Translations under genes and position numbers: made by a program
Part shown: in pieces, positions 1 through 13,675 of the stretch
Numbering within the stretch: position 1 is the first letter of the stretch
Layout: each line of letters starts with the position of its first letter
The notes under the pieces: generated by a model
What the model was told of the DNA's origin: nothing
What the model saw: only the letters and a program-made list of their open reading frames with translations
Databases searched by the model: none
Assembly (NCBI RefSeq): GCF_036365525.1
Contig: NW_027141721.1
Location: 186,001 to 250,000, forward strand
Direction: 5' to 3'
DNA: 64,000 nt
DNA from: Heterodontus francisci
Lineage: Eukaryota

Positions 1-540
1 TAACATCTCTGTGAATCCCTCCATTGTCTCTGCTCTGTCACACTGCTTGTCTAACATCCCATACTGGATAGCAGATATTTTCTCCGACCAAATATTGGGA
101 AGACTGAAGCCATTGTCTGTGGTCCCCGACACAAATGTCATTCTTGGACCACCGACACCATCTCTGGTACCTGTCTGAAACTGATCAAGACAGTTTTCAG
201 CCTTTGTTGTTGTGTTTGACCCCGAGATGAGTTTCCGACTACATATCCGCACTATCACCAAGACTGTCCATTTCCACCTCCATACCATCTCTCTACTCCG
301 ACACTGCCTCAGCTCATCTGCTGCTGAAACCCTAATCCGTGTCTCTGTTACCTCGAGCCTGGACTATTCCAATGCTCTCCTGGCCAAGCTCACATCTTTC
401 ACACTTCCTGATCTTATACTCATGCAATCATTTGCTGTGTCTTAACTCACTCAGAACCTTGTTCACCCATCCCCCTGAAATGATTGTCATTCAGTGACTC
501 CCTGCTACTCTCCAATTTCCCAATATTAACATCCTGATCA
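1..540 (+). mobile_element. L2 LINE 3' ORF2 fragment, degenerate
   Basis: ...KTVHFHL...SSSAAETLI...VTSSLDYSNALLA motif typical of the L2 ORF2 C-terminus; paralog at ~48570-49120. Confidence 0.8.
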
Positions 541-1999
541 GTCAGTTGCACTGTTGTGAAATGACTCATTGGTCACAACTCTCGAGTGTAACGATGTAAA
601 ACGTCTGCAATAAGTGAATATGGCTGCGTATCTTCCATTGATGGACATTCAGACAAGGAGAGCTGCAGCTTGGAAAGGGCTTTTAACGTGTTTGACTCCC
701 TGAACACCCAGTGTGATTGCAAATCTGATTGTAAACCGTGTGTTTAAAGTTTTATTGCATTCTCTGTCTGCTCAATATATCTATGAATATTGAACCTGAC
801 CGTCTCAAGAAGATTATTGATGTTGCTGGAATGGCTTTCCCATCTGATCATGGAAATCCAGTGTTTTCTTGTTCTGGGAGGGAACACGCACTGTTAAATG
901 ATTGCTGAGGGCTGGGATCAGAAGGGATGTGACTGTACGTAGTGGATCTGCCCAGCATTCCCCAAACCTCATGCTGCTCCATTCTATTCTGGTCAGTGCT
1001 TCCACCCTGGATATTCCAGCTCACTTGAGGACTCACAGAGGAAAATGAGAAATCCTGGCAACAGGAGTGGACCATTCGGCCCATTCGAGCTTGCTGTTGA
1101 CGTGATGAACCTGGCCCTTCAAAAGACATTTGATACAGTTCCACACAACAGACTTGTGAGCAAACATGTAGTTCATTGAATAAAAGGGATGGTAACAACA
1201 TGCATATAAAACTGGCTGAGTGACAGGAAACTGAGAATAGTGATTAATGGATGTTTTCGGGCTGGAAGAAGGTTTGTGGTGGAGTTCCCCAGGGATCGGT
1301 GGTGGGACCCTGGCATTTCCTGATATATATTAATGTCCTAGACCTCGGTGTACAGGGCACAACTTCAAAATTTGCAAATGATACGAAACCTGGAAGCATT
1401 GTGAACTGTCAGGAGGATAGTGTAGAACTTCAAAAGGACATCGACAAATTGGTGGAATGGGCGGACAAGTGACAGATGAGGTTCAATGTGGGGAAATGTG
1501 AAGTGACTAATTTTGGGAGGAAGACCATGGAGAGACAATATAGAATAGAGGTTACGATTCTAAAGAGGGTGCAGGAGCAGAGAGACCTGGATGCATTTGT
1601 GCATAAGTCATTGAAGGTGGCAGGACAGGTTGACAGAGTGGTTCATAAAGTATACAGTATCCTGGGTTTTATTAATAGTGGCACAGATTAAAAGAGCAAC
1701 GAAGTTATTTTGAACTTGTGCAAGGCACTAGTTCGTCCTCAACTGGAGTATTGCCTCCAGTTTTGGGTGCTGCACTTGAGAAAAGATGTGAGGGCATTGG
1801 AGAGAGTACAGACGAGATTCACAAGAATGGTTCCAGGGATGAGGAATTTCAGTTATGAAGATAGATTCGAGAAGTTAGGGCTGTTTTCCTTGGAGAAGAG
1901 AAGGCAGAGAGGTGATTTGAGAGAGATATTCAAAATCATGAGGGGTCTGGACAGAGTAGATAGAGAGAAACTGTTCCCACTCGTGAAAGGATCAAGAAC

Positions 2000-4756
2000 A
2001 GGGTGCACAGTGATGTAGTGGTTAGCACTGCAGCCTCACAGCTCCAGCGACCCGGGTTCGATTCTGGGTACTGCCTGTGCGGAGTTTGCAAGTTCTCCCT
2101 GTGACCGTGTGGGTTTCTGCTGGCTGCTCTGGTTTCCTCCCACAGCAATGACTTGCAGGTTGATAGGTAAATTGGCCATTGGAAATTGCCCCGAGTGTAG
2201 GTCGGTGATAGGGAATATGCAGGGTTAGTCTTCATGGGTGGTTGTCATGGACTGCGACACCGACCAGCCCCTGGTGTGCAGCAAGGTTGGACTCAAACCA
2301 AAGAAGCTGCATCACTCCAAGCAGAAGGGCTGCCCGCGCATCACACTGGCAGAATTTCTCATCCACAGCGGTTACATAAGTTTCTAAATTCACCTGAAAA
2401 AGCCCTTCAAAACACTCCCACAGGGGATGCAGAGACCAAATGGGCCCACATCAGAGACGCCATCTATGACTCAGCAATGACCACCTATGGCAAATGTGTG
2501 AAGCGGAATGCAGACTGGTTTCAATCTCACATTGAAGATCTGGAACCGATCATAGCCACTAAGTGCATTACACTGCTGAACTACACGAAAGCCCCCAGCG
2601 AGTTAACATCCGCAGCACTTAAAGCAGCCAGAAGCGCTGTGCATATGACTACTGGCAGCCCCTATGCAGTCATATTCAGCTGGGCTCGGACACTGGAAAT
2701 ATCAGAGGAATGTATGATGGCATGAAGAGAACTTTTGGGCCAACCATCAAGAAGATCGCCCCTCTCAAATCTGAATCAGGGGACACAATTACTGACCAAC
2801 GCAAGCAAATGGACCGCTGGGTGGAACACTACCTAGAACTGTACTCCAGGGAAAATGTTGTCACTGATACCACCCTCAATGCAGCCCAGTCTCTGCCAGT
2901 CATGGATGAGCTGGACGTACAGCTAACAAAATTGGAACTTGGTGATGCCATTGATTCTCTAGCCAGTGGAAAAGCCCCTGGGAAAGGATAGCATTACCCC
3001 TGAAATAGTCAAGAGTGCCAAGCCTGCTATACTGTCAGCACTGAACGAAGTGCTTTGCCTGTGCTGGGATGAGGGAGCAGTACCACAGGACATGCGCGAT
3101 GCCAATATCATCACCCTCTATATGAACAAGGGTGACCACGGTGACTGCAACAACTACCGTGGAATCTCTCTGCTCAGCATAGCAGGGAAAGTCTTCGCTC
3201 GAGTCGAATTAAACATGCTCCAGAAGCTGGCTGAGCATGTCTACCCTGAGGCACAGTGAGGCTTTCGAGCAGAGAGATCTACTATTGACATGCTGTTCTC
3301 CCTTCGCCAGCTACAGGAGAAATGCTGTGAACAACAGATGTCCCTCTACATTTCTTTCATTGATCTCACCAAAGCCTTTGACCTCGTCAGCAGACGTGGT
3401 CTCTTCAGACTACTAGAAAAGTTTGGATGTCCACCAAAGCTACTAAGTATCATCACCTCATTCCATGACAATATGAAAGGCACAATTCAGCACAGCGGCG
3501 CCTCATCAGACCCCTTTCCTATCCTGAGTGGCGTGAAACAGGGCTGTGTTCTCGCACCTACACTGTTTGGGATCTTCTTCTCCCTGCTGCTCACACATGC
3601 GTTCAAGTCTTCAGAAGAAGGAACTTTCCTCCACACAAGATCAGGGGGCAGGTTGTTCAACCTTGCCCGTCTAAGACCGAAGACCAAAGTACGGAAAGTC
3701 CTCATCAGGGAACTCCTCTTTGCTGACGATGCAGCATTAACATCTCACACTGAAGAGTGTCTGCAGAGACACATCGACAGGATTGCGGCTGCCTGCAACG
3801 AATTTGACCTCACCATCATCCTCAAGAAAACGAGCATCATGGGACAGGATGTCAGAAATGTTCCATCCATCAATATCGGCGACCACGCTTTGGAAGTGCT
3901 TCAAGAGTTCACCGACCTAGGCTCAACTATCACCATTAACCTGTCTCTCGATGCAGAAATCAACAAGCGCATGGGAAAGGCTTCCGCTGCTATGCCCAGA
4001 CTGGCCAAGAGGGTGTGGGAAAATGGCGCACTGACACAGAACACAAAAGTCCAAGTGTATCATGCCTGTGTCCTCAGTACCTTCCTGCATGGCAGCAAGG
4101 CCTGGACAACGTATGTCAGCCAAGAGCGACGCCTCAATTCGTTCCATCTTCACTGCCTCCGGAGAATGCTTGGCATCAGGACCGTATCTCCAACACAGAC
4201 GTTCTCGAGACGACCAACATCCCCAGCATATAAGCCAGCGGAGCATCAGATGGCTTGGCCATGTGAGCCGCATGGAAGATGGCAGGATCCCCAAGGACAC
4301 ATTGTACAGCGAGCTCGTCACTGGTATCAGACCCACCAGATGTCCATGTCTCCACTTTAAAGACGTCTGCAAATGCGACATGAAGTCCTGTGACATTGAT
4401 CACAAGTCGTGGGAGTCAGTTGCCAGCGATCGCCAGAGCTGGCAGACAACCATAAAGGTGGGTCTGAAGAGTGGCGAGTTGGAGAGACTTAGCAGTTGGC
4501 AGGAAAAAAGACAGAAGCGCAAGGAGAGAGCCAACTGTGTAACAGCCCCGACAACCAATTTTATATGTAGCACCTGTGGAAGAGTCTGTTACTCTAGAAT
4601 TGGCCTTTATAGCCACTCCAGGCGCTGTTCCACAAACCACTGACCACCTTCAGGCGCTTACCCATTGTCTTCGAGACAAGGAGGCCAAAGAAGAAGTTCG
4701 GCATGACTGGGTGGGCCGAAGGGTCTGTTTCAATGCTGTATCTCTAATAAATATTA
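2000..4756 (+). mobile_element. tRNA-derived SINE (HE1/V-SINE type) split by an RTE insertion: 5' part ~2000-2246, 3' part ~4697-4756
   Basis: gtagtggttagcactgcagcctcacagctccagcgacccgggttcgatt (A/B boxes); tail gggccgaagggtctgtttcaatgctgtatctctaa. Confidence 0.85.
2249..4696 (+). mobile_element. RTE-clade (BovB-like) LINE, 5'-truncated, frameshifted
   Basis: NYRGISLLS, FIDLTKAFD, GVKQGCVLAP, LLFADD, RWLGHVSRM and C-terminal CSTCGRVC...HSRRC; ends in GAAGAAG. Confidence 0.92.
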
Positions 4757-6149
4757 AACGAGAGGACACAGATTTACAATATTTGGTAAGAGAAGCAAAA
4801 GTGACATGAGGAAAGACTTTGCACACAGCGAGTCTGGAATGCGCTACCTGAGAACGTGGTGGAGGCAGGTTCAATTGAAGCATTCAAAAGGGAATTAGAC
4901 AGTTATATGAAAAGGAAGAATGTGCATGGTGAAAGGAGGAAGCCGGGGGAATGGACCTGAAGAAGTTGCTCTTTCAGAGAGCCAGTGGACATGATGGGCT
5001 GAATGGCCTCCTTCTGCATTATCACAATTCTATGATTGTTATGAGGAAAGGTTGAAGAGTTTGGCCAAATCGACTCAACTCAAAGGTTGAGTCTGTGGAA
5101 CTCGGTTCCCCGGAGAGCATCGGAGGCTGGGCCATTGAATATATTCAAGCTTGAGTTGGACAGATTTTTGATCTACAAGGGAGTCAGGGTTATAGGGGGA
5201 AGACAGGAAAGTGGAGTTAAAGCTACAATCAGATCAGCCATGATCTTATAGAATGGCTGAGCAGGCTCGAGGGGCCAACAAACACGCAATGATATCAGTT
5301 CAACTCCTGTTGAGTTAATTGCTGATATCAGGAATGGCTCTGTCACTGAACCCCCTCACTGTTCATACACAGAGCAGACTTCTCAACCTCTGCTTATAGG
5401 ATAATCCCCACATATCCCTTCCACTGTTTGCAACAGGCAAGGTACGGGCCGTATCTCACCAGCCCATGCTTGCAAAACTAAATACACAGTTTCCAACATG
5501 AGATGTGATTCTGCAAATGGACAACATTTGCTAAATAATCATATGCTAAGAATTACACTGACAAAAAATTTAAAATTGGCATTCTTGCGGATTGTCCTGG
5601 TGAGTGCAAGATGAAGAGCTTTGACAACATGTCGCTATTTTCGGCAATACTCAAGTTCTGTACTTCCAAACGACTACCTCAATGACATCACCCTTTAAAT
5701 TCCTATACTCAAGGGAATATGACACATGACCATACAAACTGTGAAGCTAATTTAACCCTTTTAAACCCGATGTCACTGCCTCCAAGGCTGAGATATCCTT
5801 CCTGAGCTGCGGTGCAGGTGCACAGAACTGAACAGAATTCCTCCAGATGGGGTCGAATCAGAGCTTCATACAACAGTAACACAACATCAAGCGCTTTCTA
5901 TTCCAGCCTCCTTGATGGAAAAAGGACAATATTCTTTGTTGTAGTAGTTACTTCATTTTAATTATTTGACCTGGAAACAAATCTGCAGAAAGGTTATTTC
6001 AGCGAGCGGGAGGTCACTCCATGGAACAGGCTTCCAGGGAGATGCTGGAAGCAATTAATACATGTACATTCGAGAGATTTCACTCAGAGATACAGTTTTA
6101 GTGTAAGCTGAGTCATGAGGGGTGGTGAGTGTAACATGTTTAGGAGGAA

Positions 6150-7100
6150 CAGGGGAATTCAACAGTAATTTCAGGAGGGGGAAAAAGAACAACAAATACA
6201 ATAACTTCAGGAGCAAAAATACACGAACAAATACAGCAATAACTTCAGGAGGGAAATAAACAAATGCCACAACAAGTCGAACAGGGAACGAGCAGCAACA
6301 AATTCAACAACAACCTCAACAGGAGAGAAACACCAAGAAATTCAACAGCATCTTGAACAGGGAAAGAGCACCAACAAATTCAACAACAACCTCACCAGGA
6401 GAGAAACACTAACAAATGCAACAACAACTTGAACAGAGAACGAGCACCAACAAATTCTACAACAACCTCAACAGGAGGGAAACAACAACAAAGAACAACA
6501 ACCTCAGCAGCAGAGAAACCAACAAACTCAACAACAATCTCAACAGGAGAAAAACACCAACAAATACAAAAACCTCCTCAACAGGGCAGAAACACCAACA
6601 ATTGCAGCATCAATTTCAAGAGGAGAAAAACACCGACAAGTTCCAAAACACGGTCAGCAGGAGAAACACAGCAAATTCAAAAACAACTGCAGGTGGAGAA
6701 AAGCACCAAGAAATCGAGCAACATCGAGTGAAAAACACCGACAGATACAGCAACAACTTCAAGAGAAAAACACCAACAGATACAACACCACCCTTGGCAG
6801 AAGCAAAAACAGTTAACTTCAACAACAAGTTCAGCAAGCGAAAAGCACCAACAAATTCAAAAGTAATTTCGGCAGAAAAACACAAACAAATTCAACAGCA
6901 ACGACGTCAGCCAGAGAAACACCCCAACAAATACAAAAACAACCTCAACAGGATAAAATACCAACAAATTCAACAATTTCAACCGGAAAAGAACAGCTTT
7001 GTGAGGACAAAAAAAATCTAACAAATACAACAACTTCAGTAGCTGATAATCACAAACAAATTCAACATCAGCAGAAGGGGAAAACACACCGATAAATTGG
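6150..7100 (+). repeat. CAA-rich ~36-38-bp satellite (AACAAATTCAACAACAACTTCAGCAGGAGAAAAACACC)
   Basis: Degenerate tandem units; the same family occurs at 11975-12290(-), 13435-13670(-), 56900-57350(-), 58550-59240(+), 61050-61410(-). Confidence 0.85.
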
Positions 7101-7329
7101 GCAATGGCACAAGCTGTTGGAGGGACAGGAAATCGTTCACGGGGGGACATAGTATCTGATTGGCTGCAGCGCCCCACATGTTTGGAGGTCAAAGGGGTCA
7201 AAAGCTGCCTCCAGCTTCCGCGCAACCGCGGTTTCGGCGACATGTGAGCACGCATGTGGGGGGAGGGGCCAGCACCAAACTGCACCGCCAGAACTGTCCC
7301 AAACTCTTAAAGGGACCCAACGTGGACAG

Positions 7330-7840
7330 ACAGAGCAAGAGACTGAGAGAGCAAGTGACAGAGAGGGAAATAGAAAAGAGAGAGTGATGGGGGAGAGAGA
7401 GAGAGAAATGAGCTTGAAAGAATAATAGAGAGATGGAGAGACTGAGAGAAAATAGGTGATGGGGAGAGAGTGAGAGAGCAAGAGATGGTGAGAAATGGAG
7501 GGAGAATTTCCTCAATTGGATAGAGATGGAGAGAGAGTGATAGAGAGATGTAAAGAGCGATCAAAGAGAAAGGAAGGTGGAGAGTGAGGGACTGGTAGAG
7601 TTTGAGAGTGAGGAAACAGACAAATGGAGAGATAAAGGTGAGGAAAGAGTAACAGAGTGAAAGAGAGAGAGAGAGTGGGAAGGAAAATGAGAAATCAGAG
7701 GAAACGAGTAGACACAGGGTGTACAGAAAGAGCGAAAAATGAATGAGTGTCCGTCAGAGAGAGAGGGGAATTCCGGGATAGATGTGGGCAGAGAGAGAGG
7801 CAGATAGTGTGTGTGTGCGTGAGAGAGAGAGAGAGATCAG
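7330..7840. repeat. GA-rich low-complexity tract
   Basis: Imperfect (GA)n; similar GA/CT tracts at 8590-9030, 29300-29670, 46430-46960, 47490-47800, 62900-63200. Confidence 0.85.
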
Positions 7841-9389
7841 CACACGTTCATAGTATAGAAAGACTCGCCGTGTTAATCAGTCATTTAATTGGGTGCACAA
7901 CCAGACAAAAGTAACTTTATTCCCGGGTGAATGAGTGGAGTCAGACATATAAAAAACAGATTGCAGGTTAAGGCCCAGATAAGCTTTATTAAAGATTAAA
8001 AGTTGCAGAGAGAAGTCACCCAGTAATCCTGGTTGCAACCCATTGGACTCGATACAATGGTCCAAAAATATTATCACTGCCAATCAAACAAATTCATCAG
8101 CTCTACAGCAAACAGTGAAATATCCATAAACTGCAGTGTTTAATGATTGGAGGAAGATGGCAGAGCATGACTGAGAACATGTAGAAAGACACAAAGTATT
8201 TGTTTAGTTTCTCTGCCTTTGTCCTCTGATGAGAGGCTGAGTAAATTGGACCTGTATTCTCTGGAGTTTAGAAGAATGAGAGGTGATCCTATTGAAACAT
8301 ATCAGATTCTAAAGGGACTGGATAGGATCGACACTGAGAGATTGTTACCGCTGCTCGGGAAATGAAAGCCTCCCTTATCCCTTCCTAACCAGCTTACCCA
8401 CCTGTCCTGTCAGCCTCAGGAATCAGTGAACATTCACTTCAAGGCCCCCCAGGGTTCACAGACAAAGAGACAATGTTGGAGAACAGTCACGTTGTTAGGC
8501 TAGATCGAAAGGGCAAATGTCAAATATATTCATAGTTTGATGTAATCCTGTGTACACAGATGTACAAGAAATAGGCTTAGAGTGAGAAACATCAGGAGAG
8601 AGGGATAAATACAGATGGAGAGAGGGTACCAGTGAGAAAGGGAGAGATAGGCATGGAGAGAGAAGTGGAGAGCTACTCTTACTGGTAATCTCTCTCCATC
8701 TCTGTCTTCCCCTCTCTCTTACTCACTCAATCACTAGTTCCCCTCTCTGCTAATCTGTCCATGTTTATCTCTCTCCTCTTCTCTCTCTATCTCGATCTCC
8801 CTCTGTACCCTCTCAATCCCAATCTCTAGCCGTTTCATACCTTCAACGATGCTGCACACAGTTTTGCGGAAACACTGACCGACACTGTCCTTCCCAATCT
8901 CTTCCTCTTTCTCTCTGGTAATCTCTCCCCAGTGCTATCCTTCCCTCTCTCTTTGTTCTTTTCTATCTCTATACCCATCCCTGTCTTTCGCACTGTTACT
9001 CTCTCCATCTGGATGGAGGAGGAGAAGGAGAGGCATATATAGCTTTACTCTGTATCTAACCCCACACTGTACCTGCCCTGGGAGTGTTTGATAGAACAGA
9101 GAAGGCAGAGATTGACTCAATAGCTAACTAATAGCTTGGCAGCATTTGATGGGACAGTGTAGATGGAGCTTTACTCTGTATCCCTGCAATTTAGAAGGTT
9201 AAGGGGTGATCTGATCAATGTTTGAAGTGGTGCATGGGGTGCCAATCAAGTGGGCTGCTTTGTCCTGGATGGTGTCGAGCTTCTGGAGTGTTCTGTAGAG
9301 GGACAGAGTGTATACAACATTGGATAAGGGACAGAACACAGAGAGTAGTGGTGAATGGTTGGTTCAGACTGGACGTCCGAATCTATCCC

Positions 9390-11465
9390 TGAAATAATCT
9401 TATGCACTTCTATTCACTCTTCCCACAATCTCCTTTGCTCTATGGAGACCAAACCCAGCTTTTCCAACCTAACTTTGTCGCTAAAATCCCTCATCCCAGT
9501 AACCATTCTGCTAAATCTCCTCTGCAACCTCTCAAGGACTATCCCCTCCTTCCTAAAGTGTGGTGACCAGAACTGGACACAATTCTCCAATTGGGGCCTA
9601 ACCAGAGCTTTATAAATGTTCAGCATAACCTCCCTGCTTTTGTACTCACTGTATACAGTGTACATTATGGTGCAGGGGTATTCCCCAGTGGTTTGGATTA
9701 GGACAACTGATCGTTTTGATATATATTAATGACTTGGACTTGGGTTTACAGGGCATAACTTCAACATTGTGCCATCTGCAATGGAACAAACAGGGAAGGG
9801 AATAGTAGTAGACTTCAGTTGGATAGAGGCAGTCTGGTGAAATGGTGAGACTCATGGCAGGTTAACTTCAATGCTGAGAAATGTAAAATGATGCATTTTG
9901 GAAGGAAGGCTGAGAAGAAGCGATATAAACTAAATGGTATCATGTTAAAATGGGTGCAGGGACAAAGAGATCTGGGATTTCACTTGTGTCACTTTTTATA
10001 TCTTAAAGATTCAATTTGGGGCTTGCAATCTGTAAGTTGAATCTAGCTTCATCCCGAAAAGTGTTAACAAACGTGTTGGGAAATGTGTCAAAAGCTGTTT
10101 CCATTCAGACATTCCTGCATTGTGGACGTTTGAGCTATCTTTGCAGAGACAGGAAATAGGGGTGTTTGAATGGACCAGCAGGTTTTGGTTGATGCAATAA
10201 GGTGAGAATTTGAATAGTTTCCCTTACAGATCCACAGAATTGAAGGTATTTACAGAACACCACATGAAGTAGTTTACCAATGTCTGACAAACTTCAAAGA
10301 ATTCAGACACATGGAAGAAGAGGAGAAGGGAACAATATACAAAACCTGAGACAGTCAGACAACAGCAGTAGGAAAATGAATCGCTTTTTATGTGTTTTAA
10401 TTTGAAGGCCTGAACTGATGATTGAAAAAGCAGGAGTTCAAATCCCACACTGGGCTGTTGTGAATTTGAATTCTGTTTTTTCAAAAAGAAACATCAATCT
10501 GGAATTAAAAAACCTCTCGGATGGAATGATTCACTCCTGTCTACTAGTGCAAAGCCCGTGTGTGTCTCAATTTTGCTGCATTCATGAACGATTTAAGATG
10601 ATGGGGTAGAATGACACCAATGACACAAAAATAGGCAGCGTTGTAAGCAGTGTAGCTGGAAGCATCAAATTACAAAGAGATAATAATATCTTAAATAAAT
10701 GGGCAAAACTGTGGTAGATAGATTTCAATGTCGGTAAAAAATACTAGAGCAGAGTACTTTACAAATGCTGAAAAACAAGAAACACTGGTGGTCCAAAGAG
10801 ACTTGGGGGGTCCATGTCCATTTGAGTGCAGTGTAGATTTACCAGAATGATAACTGGACTCAAAGGGATAAATTACGAGGTGATATTACACAAACTGGGG
10901 ATTTATTCCCTGAAAGTTAGGAGGATCAAGGTGATTTGTTCAAAGTTGTTGAGATATTAAGGGGAACTGATGGGGTAGTTTTGGAGAAAGTATTTCAGCA
11001 GCTTGGGAACATAGGAACAGGAGTAGGCCATTCAGCCCATCGAGCCTGCTCCACCATCCAATACTATCATGGCTGATCATCCATTTCAATGCCTTTTCCC
11101 CAGACTATCCTCATATCCCTTTATGTCATTGGTATTTAGAAATCTGTCAATCTCTGCTTTAGACATACTCAATGACTGAGCTTCCACAGCCCTCTGGGGT
11201 AGAGAATTCCAAAGATTCACAACCCTCTGAGTAAAGACATTTCTCCTCATCTCCGTCCTAAGTGGCTTCCCCCTTATTTTGAAATTGTGTCCCCTGGTTC
11301 TAGACTCCCGAACCAAAGGAGACATCTTACCTGCATCGAACCTGTCTATCCCTTTATGTATTTTGTATATTTCAATAAGATCACCTCTCATTCTTCTGAA
11401 TCCCAATGAGTACAGGCCCAACCTGTTCAACCATTCCTCAGAAGACAACCCCATTATCCCAGGAG
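9390..11465. mobile_element. Cluster of degenerate CR1 fragments (9390-9650 -, 9670-9985 +, 10615-11010 +, 11010-11465 -)
   Basis: YKSREVML..YKALVRPQLE and LGLYSL..RRMRGDLIE..FTQRVVNLWNSLP motifs. Confidence 0.8.
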
Positions 11466-11814
11466 TAAAACATCAGCCGCGGCTCCTTCGCCTGTCCTGT
11501 CTGTACCAGAACATGGAACCGTTACCCTCACCCTCCACACGACACTCCAGTCCTACTCCCTCCCTAGGAAGTCTGGAGATGGCGGTGGAAGCTGACGGAC
11601 CCTCGCTGAGATCGTGCCTGGGGGAAGAGACAGGGAGAGAAGAAGATCAGTGAACAGGGACAATCTGGAATGTGAGGAATGAAGGAAGGAGAGAAAGATA
11701 GAGAGAAAGACAATAAGAAAGAGAGCTGTTAGCACAAACAATGGGGGTGTGGGGTGGTGGTGAGAAAGATCCCTTACTTTGAAATAAGACCATGAGACTC
11801 AGTAACAGATACAT
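11462..11814 (-). pseudogene. TRBV pseudogene (paralog of the 60396-60888 V), frameshifted and 3'-truncated by CR1
   Basis: Leader 11814-11778 is identical to that of the 60.9 kb gene. The V exon from 11617 has a 1-nt deletion after RVRQ and another frameshift after WYRQD, and ends at 'MFYS' where a CR1 3' fragment begins. No second Cys and no RSS. Confidence 0.9.
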
Positions 11815-12299
11815 CTTCCACTGGAAGCTGATCCTGCAATTGGGAAATCAGTGGAAAGAAGAGAGTTGAGTCTTGTGTGCAGCCACATGAAAACTCAAGG
11901 AAGTGATTCAAGTTTGCACAACACCTCCCTCCCTGATGGGAAACACACGCCCCTTTCTCTACCATTGGCTTCCACTCGTTGCTGTTGAATTTGTTGGTAT
12001 CATTCTGCTGCTGAAGTTGTTGGTGTATTTGTTGCTGTATTTGCTGGTGTTTTTCTCCGACTGAGGTTGTTGAATTTGTTGGTGTTTGAATCTCCTGCTG
12101 ATCTGTTGTTGAATTTGTTGGCGTTGTTCTCCTGCTGAGGTAATTGTTGTGTTGGTTGGTGTTTTCCCTTCTGAGGTTTTTGTTGAGTTTGTTGTTTCCT
12201 TCCCTGCTTAACTTGTTGTTGCATTTTTTAATGTTGTGGTTGTTGTTGTATTTTTTTGCGTTTATATTCCCTGCTGAGGTTATTTTCTCTTTTTGAATT

Positions 12300-13430
12300 C
12301 ATTCTTGAGATTTTGGGCGATGCTGCTGGAGGCCAGCATTTATTGTCCATCCTTTTCGCCCCTTGAGAAGGTGGTGGTGAGCTGCCTTCTTGAACTGCTG
12401 CAGTCCATGTGGGGTAAGTACACCCACAGTGCTGTTAGGAAGGGAATTCCGGGATTTTGACCCAGCGACAGTGAAGGAACGGCGATATAGTTCCAAGTCA
12501 GGATGGTGTGTGACTTGGAGGGGAACCTGCAAGTGATGGTGTTCCCAAGGATCTGCTGCCCTTGGCCTTCTAGGTGGTAGAGGTCGAGGGTTTGGAAGGT
12601 GCTGACGAGGGAGCCTTGGTGCATTGCTGCAGTGCATCTTGTAGATGGTACACATTGCTGCCACTGAGCATCGGTGGTGGAGGGAGTGAAAGTTGTGGAT
12701 GGGTGGAGGGAGTGAAAGTTTGTGGATGGTTTGCCAATCAAGCGGACTGCTTTGTCCTGCATGGTGTCGAGCTTCTTGAGTTTTGTTGGAGCTGCACCCA
12801 TCCAGGCAAGTGGAGAGTATTCCATCACACTCCTGACTTGTACCTTGTAGATGGTGGACAGGCTTTGGGGAATCAGGAGGTGAGTTGCTTGTCACAGGAT
12901 TTCCAGCCTCTGTCCTGCTCTTGAAGCCACAATATTTATATGGCTATCCCAGTTCAGTTTCTGGTCAACGGTAACCCTTTAGGATGTTGATAGTGGGGGA
13001 TTCAGCGATGTTAATGCCATTGAATGTCAAGGGGAGATGGTTAGATTCTCTTTTATTTGAGATGGTCATTGCCTGGCACTTATGTGACACGAATGTTTCT
13101 TGCCAATTATCAGCTCAAACGTGGATGTTGTCCAGGTCCTGCGACATCTGAACACGGGCTGCATCAGAATCTGAGGTGTCACGAATGATGCTGAACATTG
13201 TGCAATCATCAGTGAACATCCCCACTTCTGATCTTTTGATTGAAGGGAGTTCATTGATGAAGCAGTTGAAGATTGTGGGACAGGACATACCCGGGGATGG
13301 GGATGACGAGGTGTGTGACATTGTCTGTAAGGCATAATTCCCTGAGTATGACGATGTCAGGCTGTTGCTTGACAGCTCTCCCAACTTTGGCACAAGCCCC
13401 TAAATGTTGGTAAGGAGGATTTTGCAGGTT
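12300..13430 (-). mobile_element. Non-LTR retrotransposon (CR1/L2 group, second family), RT and 3' end
   Basis: IFNCFINELPS..RSEVGMFTDDCTMF and MEYSPLAW..AAPTKLKKLDT.QDKA; 3' end ggccagcatttattg...; related fragments at 22470-23670 and 61420-61575. Confidence 0.75.
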
Positions 13431-13675
13431 CGACATGTTGTTGCATCTGTTGCTGTGTTTCGCCTGCTGAAGTTGTATTTATTACTTTTCTCCTCCTGAA
13501 GCACTTGTTGAATTCTGTTGATGTTCTTTCTCCTCCTGACGTTGTTGTATTTGTTGGTGAGCTTTTTTTTTGCCAACGTTGCTTCTCAAATTGTTGGTGT
13601 TTTCCCCTGCTGAGGTTGTTGTTGAATTTGTTAATGATTTTCGTGCTGAGGTTTTTGTTGCATTTGTCGTATTGC

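Larger units (their letters stand above)
1115..5040 (+). mobile_element. CR1 LINE RT/3' fragment, interrupted at ~2000-4755 by a SINE + RTE
   Basis: GVPQGSV, SKFAND, VRPQLEYC.QFW, LFSLEKRR.RGDL motifs; the CR1 resumes at 4757 (acgagaggacacagattt). Confidence 0.9.

Noticed and set aside
2000-2075. tRNA-like sequence
   Set aside because: Head of a tRNA-derived SINE, continuing into SINE body and tail.
6416-7021. N/Q/T/K-rich ORFs
   Set aside because: CAA-rich satellite translation.
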